The position numbers were made by a program, and so were the translations under genes. DNA of 64,000 bases, from positions 137,456-201,455 of the forward strand of contig JAOAHC010000040.1 in the NCBI GenBank assembly GCA_026415435.1, read 5' to 3'. The DNA is from Clostridia bacterium (GTDB lineage: Bacteria; Bacillota; Clostridia; TANB77; CAG-465). The notes under the pieces were generated by a model. It was not told the origin of the DNA. It saw only the letters and a program-made list of their open reading frames with translations, and did no database searches. Shown here one piece after another: positions 59,156-64,000 of the stretch. Within the stretch, counting starts at the first letter, position 1; each line of letters begins with the position of its first letter.

Positions 59156-60118
59156 CTACATTAAAAGTAAAGATGAGATTACAAAGCAAATATATGTTAA
59201 TAGTAATGCAAATCCATCTTTCTTCTTTATTTTTTGTTGCGATGATAATTTATATAGAATAAGTCCAAATACTAACATAAATCCTATCTGAAAAAGCAAT
59301 GTATGAGTATAGTGTATTGGATGTATTACAGCAGCAATGCCTACTATTAGCATAATATTACTTACTCCACTTCCAACTGCATTTCCTAGTATTATATCAT
59401 ACTCTTTTTTCTTTGCAGCAACCAAGGCCGTACTAAGCTCTGGTAATGTTGTTCCTAATGCTACTATCGTTACACCAATAAACGCTTCACTAAGATTTAA
59501 TTTTTTTGCAATTTCAGTTGCCGAATCTACTACAAAATTTCCACCATATACTACAAATATAAGTCCTGTGGCTATAAATACAATTAAAGTTATAACACTA
59601 TTTTTTATTATATTTTCAGTATTATCTATATATTTTTCTTCAATTTCTATTAAATCTTCTTCATCTTTTTCACTTACTATACTTTTTGCTTTTTTTATTA
59701 GATGTCTCAGATATAATATAAAAATAATTAGAAATATAAAACCATCTACTAAGTTTAGCCCTCCACCCAGTATTAGTAAAGTAAGTAGTACTAGTTGAAC
59801 CAAGATCATACGCAAAACTTCATTTGTAATGGACTTTTTTACGTGTATTGAATGTATAAGTGCCGTAACACCTATACTTATTGCTATAGTTGAAATATTA
59901 CTACCAATGTTATTTGATAATGAAATCTGAGTACCTTTTAGTGATGAAACACACGCGATAGCAAATTCAGGCATACTAGTGCCTATTGATATTATAGTCA
60001 TTGATATTATCATTGTAGATATCTTAAGTTTCTTTGCTATTTTAACGCTTCCCTCTACAAGTAGATTAGCACCTACTATAAGCATTAAAAATCCAAGGAT
60101 CATCGTAACTAAAATCAT
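59156..60118 (-). CDS. CaCA-family cation/Ca2+ antiporter (YrbG-like sodium/calcium exchanger membrane protein)
   Basis: 320 aa. Two alpha-repeats (GTSMPEFAI, GTTLPELSTA). Confidence 0.7.
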   Translation of the reverse strand: MILVTMILGFLMLIVGANLLVEGSVKIAKKLKISTMIISMTIISIGTSMPEFAIACVSSLKGTQISLSNNIGSNISTIAISIGVTALIHSIHVKKSITNEVLRMILVQLVLLTLLILGGGLNLVDGFIFLIIFILYLRHLIKKAKSIVSEKDEEDLIEIEEKYIDNTENIIKNSVITLIVFIATGLIFVVYGGNFVVDSATEIAKKLNLSEAFIGVTIVALGTTLPELSTALVAAKKKEYDIILGNAVGSGVSNIMLIVGIAAVIHPIHYTHTLLFQIGFMLVFGLILYKLSSQQKIKKKDGFALLLTYICFVISSLLLM

Positions 60119-60250
60119 TATATTCTCCTTATCTTTTGTTTATAAATGTCAAAAAATATTACTTTTTATCTATAAAATAGATTATATGTTATATTTAAAA
60201 TTTTATCAACCCTTTAACTTAAAATATAAAATAAATTTGTATATAATTCT

Positions 60251-60988
60251 TTAAAAACTTAGGTACTTTGAATTAGCTTTTATCCATTTATCGTATTCAT
60301 CATAATTACTTATATATTTTTTTACCAACTCATAAAACATACTACTATGATTTGGATGAACTATATGACATAACTCATGTACTATAATTGCATCAACTAT
60401 ATTTTCAGGGAACATTATTAGTCTAGAACTAAAATTAAGAGACTTAGTTTTAGCTATACAACTGCCAAGTCTATATACTGAATCTCTTACTTTAAATGAA
60501 CTATATACAATACCTATTTTATTACTTATATCCGGAAGTCTTTTAGAAATCATATATATAGTATTATTTCTTAGTAATTTTTTAAATGTTTTATCAATGT
60601 ATTCTTTTTTTATCTCATCGTCTAAATCCTGTTGGGTTCTTATTTCAATTTTATTCTCTTCTAGTTTTATATTTATTTGAACTCTACTACTCTTGTTATC
60701 AATATTTATAACTTCGAAAAATCTTCCTTGATACATTATTTTTTCACCAGTATTCCAGTTATGAATTCCACTGTTACTATCATTAACTATACTTATATAT
60801 TGTTTATATATTTCTTTTTCATTTAGTTTTATAAATTTCAAAACTTCTTTGTATTTTATATACCTAGGTTTACTAACTTTTAATACGTTATTTTTGAAAT
60901 ATAGGTTTAAATTAGAAGTATTTGTATAGCTTCTCATATTTACTAATATTTTTTTATCTTCTATTTCTACATAAAATTTACTCACCAT
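60251..60988 (-). CDS. YgjP-like (DUF45) metal-dependent hydrolase with HExxH motif
   Basis: 245 aa. IVHELCHIVHPNHSSMFYELV near the C-terminus. Confidence 0.6.
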   Translation of the reverse strand: MVSKFYVEIEDKKILVNMRSYTNTSNLNLYFKNNVLKVSKPRYIKYKEVLKFIKLNEKEIYKQYISIVNDSNSGIHNWNTGEKIMYQGRFFEVINIDNKSSRVQINIKLEENKIEIRTQQDLDDEIKKEYIDKTFKKLLRNNTIYMISKRLPDISNKIGIVYSSFKVRDSVYRLGSCIAKTKSLNFSSRLIMFPENIVDAIIVHELCHIVHPNHSSMFYELVKKYISNYDEYDKWIKANSKYLSF

Positions 60989-61065
60989 TTTATTTCTCCA
61001 AAATGTTAAAAATTAAGTAAATAGTATGGAACTGATATTACTATCATTTTCCATACTATAAATTA

Positions 61066-63495
61066 CTAATATATATCTACATCATCCGGATCCTCTACTA
61101 TAGGAGGTTGTTCCGGTTCTGTATGAACTGTACATTTGTCAGTTGGAACCATGTATTGCCAATCTCTTGGCTTAGTGCTCGGTACATAATCTCTAGTTAT
61201 AAATGATTTTTGAACCTTAGGACAAAACTCATTTGCAAGTAGACCAGTTATAGAACAAACATCCACTAATTTATGTATATTACATGTAGCTGTAGGTACT
61301 GTTCCCGAAGCAAATATGTCAGTTATAGTAGTATCTCCTCTTGGATCTGCCTTACATGCATCTGTTGCAACTAAACCAGACACTTTACAAACAGAAGCCG
61401 TAACTATACCACTAGGTTTGTCAAATTGTTTAACTTCTTGCCCTTTACTAAGCTCATTCATTACTGTATTAAATAGTACAACTGAAGTATATGGATAAGT
61501 AGATTTTATACCTGTTCTATATCCTATTGCTTTCTTTCCTTTTTTACCACCAACTTCATCATATCCATTCCAGCAAGCTATTGTATAATATGGACTAAAT
61601 CCTATAAACCATTGATCATAATCACTATTTGTATTACCCGTTTTACCAGCAATTGGCATTTTACCTACTTTAACATACCCATTTGCTGTTCCACCTGCTT
61701 TTACTACTCCTTGCAACATATCATTAAGTAAATATGCTGTTGTTTCTTTCATAACAGATTTTGCTTCTGAATTTTTAACTATAACTTCTTTATTATCTTT
61801 ATCTAATATTTTAGTATAGAATCTAGGCTTTAAGTATACTCCACCATTTGCAATAGTTGCATAAGCATTTGCCATTTGTAAAACTGTAGAACCTGTATCA
61901 GATCCGCCTATTGCAAGTGAAGCTAGATTTTTATCATTTTCATTTAAATTTGTAAGTCCCATGTTTCTTGCAAAATTATATGCATAATCTATACCCACTT
62001 TTTGTGTAGTTCTTATAGCTGGTAGATTCATAGATTTAGCAAGCGCTTCTCTTGTAGTAACATACCCATTATAGTAACCGTAATAGTTAACAGGTGTCCA
62101 GTTTCCTACAGTTATTGGAGAATCATCTATTCCCATTGCAGGATATGATATACCAAGTTCAAATGCAGGTCCATAAGCACCTATTGCTTTCATTGTAGAA
62201 CCCGGTTGTCTAGGAAGTTGAGTTGCCCTATTTAAAACTCTATTACCTGTTTTTTTATTTGCACCACCTGTAATTCCTAAAACATTACCAGAGTGTTGAT
62301 CCATTACAACCATAGCAGATTGCATGAAATCACCTTGTTTATCTGTATAGAATAACTTTTCACTATTATATGCATCATCAACTATTTTTTGAACTTTTGC
62401 ATCTTGTGTAGTATATATCTTATATCCTTGTGTATATAGCATGTTTAATGCCATACCACGAGAAACATTTTTTTGTTCTTGTAAATCACTTACAACTTGT
62501 TCTATTACTTCATCAACAAAATATGAATGTATATTAGCAGTTTGAACGTCATCTGCTTCTTTTTTAAACTCTATCTTGTAGTTTATAGCTTCATCATACT
62601 GTTCTTTAGTTATTTTTCCAAGTTCTAGCATTTTATTTAAAACTACTTTTTGTCTGTTAATTAAAGTTTCTTTTGCTTTATCACTTTTATATGGATTATA
62701 GTCTTCTGGTGACTGTATTATAGCTGCTAGAACAGCAGCTTCTGCAATATTTACATCTTTTAATGATTTCGAAAAATAGTTTCTTGAAGCAACTTCAAAT
62801 CCATAAGAACCGTCACCCATGTATATTGTATTTACATATGCAGCAAATATTTGCTCTTTATTAAGCTTATTTTCTAATGAATAAGCTCTATACCATTCTC
62901 TTACTTTTCTTACCCATGAAGTCTCTTTATCTTTTTTTATATTTTTTACTAATTGTTGTGTTAATGTACTTCCACCAAAATCAGATTTACCAAAATGTAT
63001 TACATAGTTAAACACAGCTCCTGCTGTTCTTTTTACATCAACTCCATGATGAGAAAAGAATCTTTCATCCTCAATAGATGTAACAGCATCAACTATGATT
63101 TTTGGTACATCTTTATACTCTAAAATAACTCTGTTTTCTTCATCATACAAAGCTGCTATTTCTTGATTATCTTTATCGTATATGAATGTTGTACGTTTTA
63201 AACCTTGTATTTCTTCTAAATTAAGACTTTCTGTATCATCTATAATTCCAGTAACTACACCTAAAACTACACCTGTCCCTATTATAACCATAGCAATAGC
63301 AATAAATAGACATATTTTAAATATCTTCCATTTTAACTTTTTATTTTTCTTCTTCTTAGGAGATTTCTCATTATCTATACTAGTAGCACTAGCCTTGTCC
63401 ATCTTTTTAAGTTTCTTAAACTTAAAAAGTTGTCTCTTTTCATTTTTACTACCATCTTTACCCTTATTATTAAACCACATATATTTACACCCCAA
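61066..63495 (-). CDS. Class A penicillin-binding protein (bifunctional glycosyltransferase/transpeptidase, PBP1A-like)
   Basis: 809 aa. N-terminal TM. GT51 motifs (IEDERFFSHHGVD, GGSTLTQQLVKN). Transpeptidase with a SxxK-like motif (GSTMK) and a KTG motif. Confidence 0.8.
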   Translation of the reverse strand: MGCKYMWFNNKGKDGSKNEKRQLFKFKKLKKMDKASATSIDNEKSPKKKKNKKLKWKIFKICLFIAIAMVIIGTGVVLGVVTGIIDDTESLNLEEIQGLKRTTFIYDKDNQEIAALYDEENRVILEYKDVPKIIVDAVTSIEDERFFSHHGVDVKRTAGAVFNYVIHFGKSDFGGSTLTQQLVKNIKKDKETSWVRKVREWYRAYSLENKLNKEQIFAAYVNTIYMGDGSYGFEVASRNYFSKSLKDVNIAEAAVLAAIIQSPEDYNPYKSDKAKETLINRQKVVLNKMLELGKITKEQYDEAINYKIEFKKEADDVQTANIHSYFVDEVIEQVVSDLQEQKNVSRGMALNMLYTQGYKIYTTQDAKVQKIVDDAYNSEKLFYTDKQGDFMQSAMVVMDQHSGNVLGITGGANKKTGNRVLNRATQLPRQPGSTMKAIGAYGPAFELGISYPAMGIDDSPITVGNWTPVNYYGYYNGYVTTREALAKSMNLPAIRTTQKVGIDYAYNFARNMGLTNLNENDKNLASLAIGGSDTGSTVLQMANAYATIANGGVYLKPRFYTKILDKDNKEVIVKNSEAKSVMKETTAYLLNDMLQGVVKAGGTANGYVKVGKMPIAGKTGNTNSDYDQWFIGFSPYYTIACWNGYDEVGGKKGKKAIGYRTGIKSTYPYTSVVLFNTVMNELSKGQEVKQFDKPSGIVTASVCKVSGLVATDACKADPRGDTTITDIFASGTVPTATCNIHKLVDVCSITGLLANEFCPKVQKSFITRDYVPSTKPRDWQYMVPTDKCTVHTEPEQPPIVEDPDDVDIY

Positions 63496-63498
63496 TTT

Positions 63499-63876
63499 TT
63501 AATCTTCCCAATCGTTAAACAAACTATCAATATCCATTCTTAGACTAAAGTTTACTTTCAAAGCTGATTTTACTTTATCCATTGTTTCTTTATCAATTCT
63601 ACCTATTTTACTTTGCAGTCTACTCTTATCTAATGTTCTTATTTGTTCTGCAAGTATAACAGAATCTTTTGGAAGCCCATAAAGATTACCAGCTATTGGA
63701 ATATGAGTAGGAAGTTTCGTTTTTTGTCTAGAAGTTATAGCAAGAGCTATTATAGTAGGGCTATACTTATTTCCAATATCATTTTGAACTATAAGTACAG
63801 GCCTAATACCATCTTGTTCACTTCCAACAACTGGACTTAAATCCGCATAGAATATATCACCACATTTAATATCCAT
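63499..63876 (-). CDS. ndoA: EndoA/MazF (PemK-family) endoribonuclease toxin
   Basis: 125 aa. Near-collinear with Bacillus EndoA: GDIFYADLSPVVGSEQDGIRPVLIVQND..KLPTHIPI..DSVILAEQIRTLDK. Its stop lies 3 nt before the PBP start. Confidence 0.8.
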   Translation of the reverse strand: MDIKCGDIFYADLSPVVGSEQDGIRPVLIVQNDIGNKYSPTIIALAITSRQKTKLPTHIPIAGNLYGLPKDSVILAEQIRTLDKSRLQSKIGRIDKETMDKVKSALKVNFSLRMDIDSLFNDWED

Positions 63877-63906
63877 TAAAACACCTCTTATTATATAATA
63901 TTTTTA

Positions 63907-64000
63907 TTAAAAAGAAAATACCTTTTCATCAAATTTAGGATTTATATTAAAACTTTTATATGTCACTGCCATCCATATTTTTGATTTATCAGAATATATG
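63907..64000 (-). CDS. Partial ORF at the window edge (3' end only), in the position expected for the cognate antitoxin
   Basis: Open minus-strand frame running in from 64000 to a stop at 63907-63909, 30 nt upstream of ndoA. The fragment is too short to classify. Confidence 0.25.
   Translation of the reverse strand, partial: IYSDKSKIWMAVTYKSFNINPKFDEKVFSF

Noticed and set aside
1-64000. CRISPR arrays, IS elements, integrases and prophage blocks.
   Set aside because: No regularly spaced direct repeats, no transposase or integrase-like ORFs, and no terminal inverted repeats were seen. The tRNA(CAU) at 39265 is flanked by housekeeping genes on both sides with no att-like duplication.

Overview
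This is a very AT-rich (roughly 25-30% GC by eye), gene-dense chromosomal segment from a spore-forming Clostridium-like Firmicute. It carries about 55 protein genes, most on the minus strand, and one tRNA(CAU). I saw no CRISPR array, transposase or integrase. Most genes are core housekeeping: addA, pgeF, tsaE-tsaB-rimI, mnmA, lysS-greA, cdaA, glyQS, pnp, uppP, class A PBP, alr-dapL, trmL, xth, ogt and a DEAD-box helicase. Spore and redox functions are also present: a gerA-family germinant receptor operon (A, C, small D-like, B), a flavodiiron protein with an adjacent rubredoxin that the ORF track missed, and an ArsR-thioredoxin-CoA-disulfide-reductase/rhodanese cluster. The most unusual content is at two loci, 4978-8947 and 41547-46229. 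They encode three paralogous large secreted or surface proteins (424, 887 and 1560 aa). Each starts with a pilin-like KKG/RG-hydrophobic N-terminal segment. The two longer proteins carry a formylglycine-generating-enzyme (FGE/SUMF1)-like domain that lacks the catalytic cysteine pair. The 1560-aa protein is additionally fused to CHB_HEX_C-like, Ig-like, GBS Bsp-like and concanavalin/LamG-like modules. Other points worth a second look: a poly-A frameshift splitting a P-loop/Asp23-like gene just downstream of pnp; addA without an adjacent addB; pnp without rpsO but with a long leader hairpin; a LiaF/LiaG-like pair with no LiaSR; an EndoA/MazF toxin apparently co-transcribed with the class A PBP; and a Tyr-rich DUF1254/DUF1214 protein. 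All domain calls come from motif reading by eye, and none was checked against a database.
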